Shown: positions 1 through 9,309 of the stretch, piece after piece
Position numbering within the stretch: the stretch's first letter is position 1
How the letters are laid out: each line of letters opens with the position of its first letter
NCBI GenBank assembly: GCA_040766985.1
Contig: JAXGPL010000014.1
Span: 8,239-72,238, forward strand
Source of the DNA: Bacillota bacterium
GTDB lineage: Bacteria; Bacillota; Sulfobacillia; JAUYEG01
DNA: 64,000 bases
Reading direction: 5' to 3'
Notes under the pieces: generated by a model
The model's input: the letters and a program-made list of their open reading frames with translations, nothing else
The model's database searches: none
What the model was told of the DNA's origin: nothing
Position numbers and translations under genes: made by a program

Positions 1-97
1 CGAGCCCCGCGGAGGCTTTGCACTTCGCGTGTCGAAGCAATCCCCCACGGAAACCACGGGTTCGCCAACCACCCTGTGAGGAGGAGGATGTTGGAGC

Positions 98-1591
98 ATG
101 TACAGAATCGGCGTGGGCGGCTTTGCCACCGAAACCCACACCTTCCTTAACGAGCCGACGACGGTCAAGGATTTTGAGGACTACGGCGTGCTCTGGGACC
201 AGGACTGTATCGACAACAACCGCGGGATCATGCGCGAATACGTCGACGGCTACGTCGACGTCCTGCGCGAGGCCGGGGCCGAGGCCGTCGGCACAATGGT
301 GGCCTTCGCAGGCGTCCACGGCCGGGTCACCAAGGAAGCCTTTGACAAGTACACCGACGCGATGGTCGAGCGATTCCGGGCGGCTGCCTCTGGTCCCGGC
401 GGTAAGCTGGACGGGGTCTTGCTTGCTCTCCACGGTGCCATGGCCGCCACCGGCTACCCCAAGCCCGAGGCCGAGGTGGTTCGGCGCGTACGCGCCGCTG
501 TCGGCGACGTCCCGATCATGGTAACCCTTGATCTGCATGCCAACGAGGACTACGAACTCACCGACGCGGCGGACGCGGTTTTCGTCTGCAAGGAATACCC
601 GCACACCGACATGAGACCCACCGGAGCCATCGCGGCCCGCTGCCTCCTGGAAACGCTGAACGGCAAGTTAAGGCCGGCTATGGCCATCGCCAAGCCCGGG
701 ATTATCACGCCGAGCGTGTTTCAGTGGACCCAGGCCGCGCCGGCCACGGATTTCCGGGCGCGCGCGGACGAGTGGGAGCACCGTGAGAAGGGCATTCGCT
801 ACATCTCCATCGCCTATGGTTTCGGTTATGCCGATGTGCCGGACGCGGGAGCTTCGGTGATCGTCGTGACGGACAACGACAAGGCGCTCGCGGAAACCGT
901 CGCCCGTGACATCGCCAACTACATGTGGGAGCGGCGTGAGGAACTGGCCCGCAAGCCCGTGCCGAAGGCCGCCGAGGCCGCTGAGAAGGCCCTCGAACTG
1001 GTCCGGCGCGGTGTACGGCCGGTCGTGATGGGCGACGGCTCGGACCGGACCGGCGACAGCACCCATGTCATGCGGGAGCTGTATAAGCGTGGGGCCAAGA
1101 ACACCGTTCTATCGACCATGAACGATCCGGCCGCCGTCAAGCGGTGCAAGGCGGCAGGTCTGGGCAGCATGGTCAGCCTCGGCCTGGGCGGGTGGGGGCA
1201 GGCCTCCGGCGAGCCTCTCAAAGTCACGGGCAAGGTCGAATGGCTGGGCGTCGGCGATTACGTCCTCACAGGTCCGATGGGAAAGGGCAGCATAGGTCTT
1301 TGCGGGCCGTCTGCGGTGCTGGACATCGGAGACGGCAACAAGATCGTGGTCACGAGCTTCAACCACCAGGTCTTGGACGAGCAGGGGATTGTAGCCTTCG
1401 GGCTGGACTTTGACGCGTTTGACATCATGGTTCTGCGTTCGCGGGTGCACTTTCATGCTTACTACGACCAGGTGGCGGGCGCGACGCTGGAGGTCGATGC
1501 GCCCGGCATGGGCCCTGCGGACCTCAGCGTCCTTGAGTACGAGAACCTGCCCAACGATATCTTCCCAATCGGGCGGAACTGGCGGAGGTAG
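98..1591 (+). CDS. M81 family metallopeptidase (MlrC / microcystinase C-like)
   Basis: Intact 497-aa ORF. The N-terminus MYRIGVGGFATETHTF matches the conserved MlrC-family start. A GAGGAGGAGG Shine-Dalgarno lies about 10 nt upstream of ATG 98. Confidence 0.75.
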   Translation: MYRIGVGGFATETHTFLNEPTTVKDFEDYGVLWDQDCIDNNRGIMREYVDGYVDVLREAGAEAVGTMVAFAGVHGRVTKEAFDKYTDAMVERFRAAASGPGGKLDGVLLALHGAMAATGYPKPEAEVVRRVRAAVGDVPIMVTLDLHANEDYELTDAADAVFVCKEYPHTDMRPTGAIAARCLLETLNGKLRPAMAIAKPGIITPSVFQWTQAAPATDFRARADEWEHREKGIRYISIAYGFGYADVPDAGASVIVVTDNDKALAETVARDIANYMWERREELARKPVPKAAEAAEKALELVRRGVRPVVMGDGSDRTGDSTHVMRELYKRGAKNTVLSTMNDPAAVKRCKAAGLGSMVSLGLGGWGQASGEPLKVTGKVEWLGVGDYVLTGPMGKGSIGLCGPSAVLDIGDGNKIVVTSFNHQVLDEQGIVAFGLDFDAFDIMVLRSRVHFHAYYDQVAGATLEVDAPGMGPADLSVLEYENLPNDIFPIGRNWRR

Positions 1592-1602
1592 AGCACCAGA
1601 AG

Positions 1603-1637
1603 CAGGGGAGAACCCGGACACAGGGGAGAACCCGGAC
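1603..1637. repeat. Perfect 17-bp direct repeat CAGGGGAGAACCCGGAC x2, separated by 1 nt
   Basis: Read directly at 1603-1619 and 1621-1637, immediately after the stop of the MlrC-like gene. Function unknown. Confidence 0.8.
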
Positions 1638-1665
1638 CGCGGACAGAGCCGGGCACGCCGGCCGG

Positions 1666-1696
1666 ACAGGGCCCGTCTCCAGGAGGCGGGCCCTGT
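1666..1696. terminator. GC-rich hairpin between convergent genes (candidate bidirectional terminator)
   Basis: ACAGGGCCCG (1666-1675) pairs perfectly with CGGGCCCTGT (1687-1696) around an 11-nt loop. It lies between the + strand MlrC-like gene and the - strand TetR gene. There is no clear U-tract. Confidence 0.45.
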
Positions 1697-1713
1697 GTCT
1701 AGGTGCGCTCTGC

Positions 1714-2370
1714 CTACCCTCCAGAAGACATCCCTCCGCCATCCGTGCTCCTGTCACGAATGGCCTCGTCGATCAGGTCGAGCGTGTAAGACACAAAGTT
1801 GCTGCGGTCAAGGCCGTACAGGCTGCCTACCTGCGACAACCGGTAGAAGAACCCCGTGATCAGCAGGAACAGCGAGAGCGCGCCGCGACCAGGCTCCAGT
1901 TCCCGCCTGATGCTGCCATCGGCCTGGCCCCGCTGGATGACGCCCGCAAACTGCCTGAACAACTCGTCGCGCTGGCCGGCCATCGACCGGTAGTGTGGGC
2001 TATGCTGGTAGTCGAGTTGGATCGCCTGGCTCAGATTGATGAGGCGGAATAAGTCGGGTTGCTCATTCATGAACCGGTGATAAGCTTCGGCAATGCTCCT
2101 CAAGGTCTCCCGTCCATTCCGACCCGGTTTGGCAGCAGCGCGAAAGCCCGCCACGAGTTGATCCATGGCGTGCTGGGCCACCGCAAAGTACAGGTCATCC
2201 TTGCCTGTGAAGTACTGGTAAACAGTACGCTTGGTGAACTGGGCCTCGCGGGCGATCTCGTCCATCGTCGCCTCAAGGTACCCGCGGCGGCTGAATACGG
2301 CCTGGGCCGCACTCACGATTTCCGCTCTACGCGCCAGCTTCTCCCGATCTCGCCGGGAAAGTTGATCCAA
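1714..2370 (-). CDS. TetR/AcrR family transcriptional regulator
   Basis: 218-aa ORF. The N-terminal HTH region (AEIVSAAQAVFSRRGYLEATMDEIAREAQFTKRTVYQYFTGKDDLY) is typical of TetR. It is divergent from the flavoprotein gene. Confidence 0.85.
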   Translation of the reverse strand: MDQLSRRDREKLARRAEIVSAAQAVFSRRGYLEATMDEIAREAQFTKRTVYQYFTGKDDLYFAVAQHAMDQLVAGFRAAAKPGRNGRETLRSIAEAYHRFMNEQPDLFRLINLSQAIQLDYQHSPHYRSMAGQRDELFRQFAGVIQRGQADGSIRRELEPGRGALSLFLLITGFFYRLSQVGSLYGLDRSNFVSYTLDLIDEAIRDRSTDGGGMSSGG

Positions 2371-2385
2371 GTCATCGTCCCCCTG

Positions 2386-2434
2386 TTGACTACACGCAAG
2401 GGCTCATGTAGTATACTGACGGTGTAGCCACCGT
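2386..2434 (+). promoter_or_regulatory. Candidate sigma-A promoter and TetR-type operator in the divergent intergenic region
   Basis: TTGACT (2386-2391), a 17-nt spacer, then TAGTAT (2409-2414). The palindrome ACGGTG-tagc-CACCGT (2419-2434) lies just downstream. An outer inverted pair GTATACTG / CAGTATAC is also present. Confidence 0.3.
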
Positions 2435-2483
2435 ACCGTAAGGATAGTGGCAGCACGGACAGTATACCACGGAGGAATGACAA

Positions 2484-3212
2484 ATGTCAGCACATCAGCC
2501 CATGATCGTCGGAGTAGTCAGCAGCCCCCGGCCGGAAGGCAACGGAGCAACCCTTGTACGCGCGGCGCTACGCGGAGCGGCCGGAGGGGGTGCCGCCACA
2601 GGCGAGATCTTCCTGTCGTCGTCGAAGATAGGTTTCTGCCAGGGATGCTCGCGGTGCCTTGTCGAGGGCAAGTGCCAGGTCGGCGACGACTTCGAGGCCA
2701 TCCGCGGGCAGCTCCGGGCCGCCGATGGCATCATCCTCTGCTCGCCTGTGTATGGCGGTACAATCAACGCGACGATGAAGAACCTCTTCGACCGCCTGGG
2801 TATGCTTGAGTACATGACGTCGTCTGTATTCGGCGGCAAGTATGTGGCGGCTATCGCCACGGCGCGCCGCGAGGGTACGGCCCGCAAAGTGGCCCGTCAG
2901 CTTGCCTATCTGCCGAGCGGCGGCGTATTCCAGCGGGCGTACGTCACCGGCTGGCTGGGCGTCCTCGCCGCACCGCAAGGCCGCGAGCTTGCCCCGGCCC
3001 GTCTTGAGGCAGCCGGAGCGCTGGGATCGCGGATGGTGGCCGGCATCAGGCGGGGCGCGGCATACCCTATGCAGAATATAGTCCACCGCGCCGTCGCGTC
3101 GGCTCTGATCAGGCCCAAGTTCAGCCAGGCCATCGCCGCCCACCGCGACGGCTTGATGCGTGGCGTATACGACGATCTGGCCGGCCGCGGGCTGCTGCCC
3201 CAGCGGGCCTAG
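2484..3212 (+). CDS. Flavodoxin-like NAD(P)H-dependent FMN reductase / iron-sulfur flavoprotein family
   Basis: 242-aa ORF with a GGAGG RBS 8 nt upstream. It has the VVSSPRPEGNGATL start, a CQGCSRC-x6-C cysteine cluster and the ILCSPVYGGTINATMKNLFDR motif, all typical of this family. Confidence 0.7.
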   Translation: MSAHQPMIVGVVSSPRPEGNGATLVRAALRGAAGGGAATGEIFLSSSKIGFCQGCSRCLVEGKCQVGDDFEAIRGQLRAADGIILCSPVYGGTINATMKNLFDRLGMLEYMTSSVFGGKYVAAIATARREGTARKVARQLAYLPSGGVFQRAYVTGWLGVLAAPQGRELAPARLEAAGALGSRMVAGIRRGAAYPMQNIVHRAVASALIRPKFSQAIAAHRDGLMRGVYDDLAGRGLLPQRA

Positions 3213-3248
3213 TTCCCTGCGGCTCCGCCGCAGGCAGAGTGGAGATGC

Positions 3249-4700
3249 GTGATCTTGGTTCCGGTTCCGGTTTCGCCTATCGACTGGTTGCATGGACTGC
3301 CCCGGTTCTCGCCGCAGCCGGGGCTTGACCGTATGCGCCGGTTACTCGCCGCCCTGGGCGATCCCCAGTTGGCGTGTCCGTACGTCCACATCGCGGGGAC
3401 CAACGGCAAGGGCTCGACGACAGCGATGACGGCGTCCATCTTAAACAGCGCAGGGCTAAGGGTGGGGCGCTTCACCTCCCCTCATCTGCATCGCTGGGAG
3501 GAACGGATTGCGGTCGATGGCGAGCCGGTTGCCGGGGAGACCTTCGTTGCGGCCGTTGCCCGGGTCCGCGCTGCAGCCGATGCAATCTCCTCCGGCGGCC
3601 CAGAGCAGGGAATCGTCCAGTTCGAGGCCCTGACGGCCGCGGCCTTCGTCTGTTTTGGGGACCGGCGATGCGATGCCGCGGTCCTTGAAGTCGGGCTGGG
3701 AGGGCGCTTTGACGCCACGAACGTGATCACTAACCCGGTTGTGACCGTTATCACGACCATCGGCCACGACCACACCCAGATTCTCGGCGAGGACCTTGCA
3801 AGTATTGCCCGCGAAAAGGCCGGCATTATCAAGCCCGGGGTTCCCGTCGTTACCGCGGCGCTCGCCCCGGAGGCGCTCTCCGCCATCAGGGAGATCGCCG
3901 CCCAAAGAGAAGCCCCGTGCTGGGTCGTGCGCCCCGAAGTTGATGTGCACCCCAATTGGGACGTCCGCCCCGACGGGGACGAGGGGACGCCCTGCTTTCC
4001 CGAAGCCTCGCCAGCCTGGCAGGAATGCAGCACGGTACGTTGGCGTCGCCTTTCCCAGGGCGTCGATGGGCAGACGTTTTCGGTTGAGTTGTCCGGCCGC
4101 AGCTACAGAGGACTCCGCATCGGCCTGCTGGGCAGCCATCAGGTTGCCAACGCCGCATGCGCTGTCACCGCGGCGACCCTCTTCGCCGAGCGCATGGGCC
4201 TGCCAGAGCCGGAGGCGGCGATTGAAGCGGGCCTTAGGCAGGCTGTCTGGCCCGGCCGGGTGGAGATCGTCAAGCGTTCGCCGTGGGTCGTCATCGACGG
4301 AGCCCACAACCCTGAGGGCGCCGCGGCATTACGCGCTGCGGTGGAGGAGCTGTTCGCCGGGTGTCGCCCTGTCCTCGTCCTCGGCATGCTCGGGGACAAG
4401 GATGTGGGCAGGGCTGCGGCGTGTTTGACAGGGTTTTCCCGTGCCGTGGTTCTCACGCGGCCGGACTACCCGTCCCGGGCCCTTGACCCAACGGCGCTGG
4501 CCGGGGTAGTGACCGCCTCTGGTTACGACGGCGCGCTGGAAGTGCGAGAGCCGGTCAACGCAGCCATTTCCCGGGGCCTGGAATTGCTCACCGGCCCCAC
4601 CGATATACTGCTGATTGCCGGGTCGCTCTACCTTGCCGCGGAGGCCAGGGCGATTCTGCGTAACGGCGTACCTCCTGCGAGCGGCTCAACACAAGGATAG
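3249..4700 (+). CDS. folC: Bifunctional folylpolyglutamate synthase / dihydrofolate synthase
   Basis: 483-aa ORF with the Mur-ligase P-loop HIAGTNGKGST and FolC-like motifs (RFTSPHL, EVGLGGRFDATNV, GHDH, REKAGIIKPG). Confidence 0.85.
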   Translation: MILVPVPVSPIDWLHGLPRFSPQPGLDRMRRLLAALGDPQLACPYVHIAGTNGKGSTTAMTASILNSAGLRVGRFTSPHLHRWEERIAVDGEPVAGETFVAAVARVRAAADAISSGGPEQGIVQFEALTAAAFVCFGDRRCDAAVLEVGLGGRFDATNVITNPVVTVITTIGHDHTQILGEDLASIAREKAGIIKPGVPVVTAALAPEALSAIREIAAQREAPCWVVRPEVDVHPNWDVRPDGDEGTPCFPEASPAWQECSTVRWRRLSQGVDGQTFSVELSGRSYRGLRIGLLGSHQVANAACAVTAATLFAERMGLPEPEAAIEAGLRQAVWPGRVEIVKRSPWVVIDGAHNPEGAAALRAAVEELFAGCRPVLVLGMLGDKDVGRAAACLTGFSRAVVLTRPDYPSRALDPTALAGVVTASGYDGALEVREPVNAAISRGLELLTGPTDILLIAGSLYLAAEARAILRNGVPPASGSTQG

Positions 4701-4848
4701 TGGCTGCGGCGGCCGGCCGGTCTGCCAACCGGCCACCGACGCCGCCGAGGGCACCCTGGCTATCGCCGTCCGAGTTACGGGACACTAGGCCCTTAGCTCG
4801 GCGAACCTCACTGTACCCGTACTTCTTCTGTGAACCAGCAGGAAGTGC

Positions 4849-7212
4849 TTGTCTCGCAGGGAAGATATCCTTCTTTGGACCGGGCCGTTAGCCGATGGCC
4901 CAATGTCAGACGAGGGGGCAGTTGGGGTGCGGGTGGGCAGCAGCACGGTCGGCATACCGCAGGCCCTGCTTTACTACACGTACTTCCCGGCCTGGCGGGC
5001 CTTCTTCGAGGAACTGGGTCTTGCAGTCGTCAGCTCGGGGCCCACCAACCGGCGGATCCTCGACGCGGGCGTCGAGCTCACGATCACCGACGCCTGCGTG
5101 CCGATCAAATTGATGCATGGGCACATCGCGGCGCTCGTGGAAAAGGGCGTCGACTACCTCTTTCTGCCCCGCGTGGTCTGCACCAACGGCCGCACCGTCT
5201 ACTGCCCTAAGTTTCTGGGCCTTCCCGACATGGTCAGGGCTTCTGACGTTGGCGCCTGCCGGATTATCAGTCCCCGCATCGACGCGAGGGAAGGGCAGGG
5301 TAACTTCACCAAAGCGGCGGTTGAGGTAGCGCGCGCCGTCGGAGCAGGCGAGCGGCTTGCCGTCCGGGCACTCGGCGCCGCCCGACAGGTTCACGGGCGC
5401 TATCGCCGAGCCCTGCTTAGCGGGGTTTTACCGTGCGACGGGCAGGACACCGTGTCGTCGGGCAGTGCGGCCGCCCTGACGCCTCCCCGAAAAGACGCCG
5501 AACCCGTCCTTCGCCTTGCCGTAGTGGGCTATCCGTATGTGGTGCATGACGCCTACCTCAACCTCGATCTCATGGCAAAGCTGAGGGGCCTTCGCGCCGA
5601 GGCCGTGACCAGTGACCGGCTTGAGCCTGGGACGTGGCTCAAGTACCGCGCGCAATTGGCGAAGGACCTATTCTGGACCTTTAGCGAGGAAACCGTGCTC
5701 GCCGGCTACCACTACTTTGACCATCCGGAACTGGTGGACGGGGTCATCCACGTTACCGCCTTCGGCTGCGGACCGGATTCCGTGGCAGACAAGCTCCTTT
5801 CGCTTCGTGCCGAGGAGCGCGGCGATGCGCCGTACCTCGACCTGATGGTCGACGAGCACACCGGCGAGGCCGGCATTGGGACGAGGCTCGAAGCCTTTAC
5901 GGATATGATCAGGAGGCGCAAACGCGGCGTCTTTGGCGGAAGGCCGAGCGTTGCCCCCGCCGCGATCCCAGCCGCCGGGGCAACGCGACCGCGCCGGCGG
6001 TACAGCCGGCGGCTGCGCAGGGTGACTTTCCCGCACCTCGGCACCCTGCCGGAGGTGTTTAATGAGGTTCTGAGCGAGATGGGCAACGAAGTCGTTATGC
6101 CCCCGCGGCCAAGCCGGCAGACGCTCACTCTCGGAACGGCGCTCGCCCCGGAGTTCGCTTGTCTTCCCCTCAAGATACTGCTTGGAACATACCTCGAGGC
6201 CATCCAGCGGGGTGCGGACACAATCGTGTCATCCGGCGGCGTGGGCCCGTGCCGGGCGGGGCTATACACCATGTTGCACGAGAAAATCCTGCGCTCCGCC
6301 GGCCATGACGTAGAGGTCCTGACCCTTGAGCCCCCGATGGTGGACCTCCGCGACTTCCTCGGCCAGTGGAATGCGCTCAACGTCCGCCGTCTGCCGGTCT
6401 GGCGCCTGGCGTCACTGGTCATGCGTGCCTGGCGCAAGGTCCAGGTCCTCGATGAGCTGGAGTTGCTGAGTTACCGCGTCCGCGCCGCCGAAGCCGAGCG
6501 GGGCCGCACCAGCCGGGTCTGGGAAGAGGCTAAGGCCGCCGTGTACGCCGCCCGCAATCGCCGGGAGATCGAAATCGCAAGGACCCGAGTCCTCGGCGAG
6601 TTGCAGGCCGTGCCACGCCGGCCGGGGTATGTCCCGCTTCGGGTCGGCATCGTCGGGGAGATCTACGTCCTCGTCGAGCCTGCCTCCAATTTCGAGCTCG
6701 AAGAGTACCTCGGCAACATGGGCGTTGAAACCGTCCGCGCAATCTACATGAGCGGCTGGACTCGCACGAGCAACCTGTTTGGCAGGCCCGACCAGCGCAA
6801 TGACCACGATGCAGAGCGGGCGGCGCAGGGTTACCTCGGCGAGATGATCGGCGGTCACGGCCAGGAATCAGTGGGCAACGCCGTGTTATTCGCCCAGGCG
6901 GGTTTCGACGGAGTCATCCAGTTAGCTCCCTTCACGTGCATCCCGGAGATCGTCGCGAAAAGCGTGCTTGAAAGGGTTTCCCGGGAGCGCGGCATTCCGC
7001 TGCTGTCGCTCTCGCTAGACGAACAGACCGGGCAGGCCGGTCTGGAAACCCGCCTTGAGGCGTTCGTCGACCTGCTCCAACGTAAGCGGGAGATGTTCCG
7101 GCCGGCTGCGCCGAGCCGCCCCGCAGAGTCCGTGGAGACCGCCGGGCTTTTGCCTGACTGGCCCCAAGCCGTAGGCGGCAACCCGAACGCCCCCCTCAGG
7201 AGGCACGACTAG
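4849..7212 (+). CDS. Acyl-CoA dehydratase activase-related protein (duplicated DUF2229 / HgdB D-component-like domains)
   Basis: Intact 787-aa ORF; an alternative start is ATG 4903. Two related halves each begin with a (V)GIPxAL / VGIVGEIY-type motif. They contain ACVPIK / FACLPLKILLG and HVTAFGCGPDS / QLAPFTCIPE cysteine motifs. Each half ends with DEHTGEAGxxTRLEAF / DEQTGQAGLETRLEAF. It is followed immediately by an activase-type ATPase gene. Confidence 0.7.
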   Translation: MSRREDILLWTGPLADGPMSDEGAVGVRVGSSTVGIPQALLYYTYFPAWRAFFEELGLAVVSSGPTNRRILDAGVELTITDACVPIKLMHGHIAALVEKGVDYLFLPRVVCTNGRTVYCPKFLGLPDMVRASDVGACRIISPRIDAREGQGNFTKAAVEVARAVGAGERLAVRALGAARQVHGRYRRALLSGVLPCDGQDTVSSGSAAALTPPRKDAEPVLRLAVVGYPYVVHDAYLNLDLMAKLRGLRAEAVTSDRLEPGTWLKYRAQLAKDLFWTFSEETVLAGYHYFDHPELVDGVIHVTAFGCGPDSVADKLLSLRAEERGDAPYLDLMVDEHTGEAGIGTRLEAFTDMIRRRKRGVFGGRPSVAPAAIPAAGATRPRRRYSRRLRRVTFPHLGTLPEVFNEVLSEMGNEVVMPPRPSRQTLTLGTALAPEFACLPLKILLGTYLEAIQRGADTIVSSGGVGPCRAGLYTMLHEKILRSAGHDVEVLTLEPPMVDLRDFLGQWNALNVRRLPVWRLASLVMRAWRKVQVLDELELLSYRVRAAEAERGRTSRVWEEAKAAVYAARNRREIEIARTRVLGELQAVPRRPGYVPLRVGIVGEIYVLVEPASNFELEEYLGNMGVETVRAIYMSGWTRTSNLFGRPDQRNDHDAERAAQGYLGEMIGGHGQESVGNAVLFAQAGFDGVIQLAPFTCIPEIVAKSVLERVSRERGIPLLSLSLDEQTGQAGLETRLEAFVDLLQRKREMFRPAAPSRPAESVETAGLLPDWPQAVGGNPNAPLRRHD

Positions 7213-8166
7213 ATGGAACGCGTGTTCCTCGGCATCGACGTCGGATCCGTCACCACAAAGCTCGCGGTGGTGGATGGTGACGGCCAGGTCCGAGACAGCA
7301 TCTATCTCCGCACCGACGGCCAACCCATCCGGGCCATCCAGCAGGCCCTTGAGGCCGTGGAGCAGCGGATCGACCCGCTGACCGAAGTAGCTGGCGTCGG
7401 CTCCACGGGGAGCGCGCGCAGGCTGGCCGGGGTGCTGGTCGCGGCCGATATCGTGCGGAATGAAATTACTGCGCACTCGGTCGCGGCTCTGCGCTTTGTG
7501 CCCGGCGTCCGAACGATCATCGAGATCGGCGGCCAGGACAGCAAGCTGATCATCGTCCGCGACGGCGTGGTTACCCGTTTTGCCATGAACACCGTCTGCG
7601 CCGGCAAGCACGGGCTCATTCTGGACCACCAGGCTGCCCGGCTCGGCATCCCCGATCAGCGGGTTCCGGGGCGCTTGCCCTCAAAGCTAAGCATCCGTCA
7701 TCGCTGGTAGGTGCGGCGTCTTCATATCCGACATGATCCACAAGCAGCAGGTAGCTGTGCCAAGGAAGACATCGTCGCTGGCCTTTGCGGGGCCCTCGTC
7801 GCAATTATCTCAATAATGTGGCACGTGGCAAGCGAATCGGTAGAGTCGTCTTCCAGGGCGGAGTCGCCGCGAATTTGGGCATCCGCGCCGCCTTCAGCCT
7901 CGGCCAGTAGGTCTACGTCCCCGAGCGGCATGAGGTGATGGGCGCCATCGGCGCTGCCTTTCTTGCCCTGGAAACCGAACACATGCGCACTGCCACCAGC
8001 TTCCGCGGCTTCGAGGTCAGTCAGGCGGATTGCCGGACCTCGGCGTTCGACTGCCAGGGCTGCCCCAATCTCTGCGGGTCGTCGAGGTCAGGCTGGGCGG
8101 AGAGGTGTTGGCGAGGTGGGGGATAGGTGTGGGAAGTGGTCCAACAGTGGTGATGGCAGCGGCTGA
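7213..8166 (+). pseudogene. BadF/BadG/BcrA/BcrD-type ATPase (2-hydroxyacyl-CoA dehydratase activator-like) with a Cys-rich C-terminus; multiply frameshifted here
   Basis: The N-terminus FLGIDVGSVTTKLAVVD...IIEIGGQDSKLIIV...MNTVCA is the ASKHA activase signature. The rest is recoverable only by switching frames at least 5 times between about 7600 and 8100. Recovered pieces include IAGRCGVFISDMIHKQQ, KEDIVAGLCGALV, VVFQGGVAANLGIRAAF, HEVMGAIGAAFLALE, FDCQGCPNLC and GDRCGKW...GDGSG-stop. Fragments in the ORF track are 7213-7710, 7711-7938, 7935-8126 and 7963-8166. Confidence 0.7.
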
Positions 8167-8768
8167 CCTCCGCCCGCTGATGGGCCTTTGTACGATCGAT
8201 TAACGGGATGGACGGCCCAAGGCGGGGCGGAGGTCGGCCGCTGCCATCCTTCTCGTTTTCAGAATGATGTGCCCACACCAGTGGGCCTTTGTACGATCGG
8301 TTAACGGGACGGACGGCCCAAGGCGGGCGGAGGTCAGCCGCTGCCATCACCCATAGAGTTTTCAAGAATGATGTGCCCTTGATGGGCCTTTGTACGATCG
8401 ATTAACGGGATGGACGGCCCAAGGCGGGGCGGCGGAGGTCGGCCGCTGCCATCACCCATAGAGTTTTCAGAATGATGTGCCCACCTTGATGGGCCTTTGT
8501 ACGATCGGTAACGGGACGGACGGCCCAAGGCGGGCGGAGGTCAGCCGCTGCCATCACCCATAGAGTTTTCCAGAATGATGTGCCCCCTTGATGGGCCTTT
8601 GTACGATCGATTAACGGGATGGATGGCCCAAGGCGGGGCGGAGGTCAGCCGCTGCCATCACCCATAGAGTTTTCAGAATGATGTGCCCCTTGATGGGCCT
8701 TTGGCGATCGATTAACGGGACGGACGGCCAAGGCGGGGAACGGAGGTCAGCCGCTGCCATCACCCGCA
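8148..8768. repeat. Six-copy ~102-bp tandem repeat with an inverted 23-bp left arm
   Basis: The anchor GGGCCTTTG recurs at 8182, 8283, 8384, 8491, 8593 and 8695. The whole unit is conserved, so there are no variable spacers. 8152-8174 is the reverse complement (22/23) of 8226-8248. Confidence 0.9.
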
Positions 8769-8952
8769 ACCACATGACAGGGGTCCGGGTTGACGGACCT
8801 CCTGATTTGCCACTAGCTTTTGTTCGGCTGCCCTGATACAGTTAAGCAGGCAGCGTTAATCGAAGCCCAGCTCCTTTCGAGGTTTGGTAGGCAAGAGGAC
8901 CTTTCCTGTAACAACGCCCAGACCTGACAACTTCAAAAGGGGCGAAACCACA

Positions 8953-9275
8953 ATGCAGGACAAAATCCTTACCTGCCGCGATTGCGGGGGGTCCTTCCTG
9001 CCGGTGGGGAGCAGCAGTTTTATGCCGAGCGTGGGTTCCAGAATAGGCCGTCGGTGCCGGAGTGCCGTAACTCGGCGCGCTTCGCAGGGCAGCCGTCCGC
9101 AGGGCGGCCGTGGCTTCGGCCAATGGGCGGCGAGCGCAGGATGTATCCGGCGGTTGCTCAGCATGTGGGCGCGAGACCGAGTGCCGCTTCAGCCGCGCAG
9201 CGGCCGTCGGTCTACTGCGGCGAGTGCTTCGAGCGCCAGGGTTCCCGCGGACCGCGCCATGGTTCACAGCTCTGA
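8953..9275 (+). pseudogene. CxxC-x17-CxxC zinc-ribbon protein (small conserved family); frameshifted several times here
   Basis: An AAGGGG RBS precedes ATG 8953. MQDKILTCRDCGG, then in another frame GEQQFYAERGFQNRPS.PECR, then RMYPAV / CSACGRETE / VPLQPRSGR / VYCGECFERQ in alternating frames. This reproduces the family pattern only if at least 3 indels are corrected. Confidence 0.6.
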
Positions 9276-9309
9276 GCGACTAAAGACTAGACTGCGATTG
9301 GCAAGGCAA

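Noticed and set aside
8021-8528. Minus-strand ORFs encoding a 34-aa repeat peptide (…GDGSGRPPPRLGPSIPLIDRTKAHQ…)
   Set aside because: Unit lengths of 101, 101 and 107 bp break the frame between copies. No ORF spans the array, there is no RBS or start context, and the GDGSG motif is simply the reverse-complement echo of the upstream gene's 3' end.
8148-8768. Possible CRISPR array
   Set aside because: The entire ~102-bp unit is conserved from copy to copy. There are no unique spacers alternating with a 25-40-nt repeat, and no cas genes are nearby.
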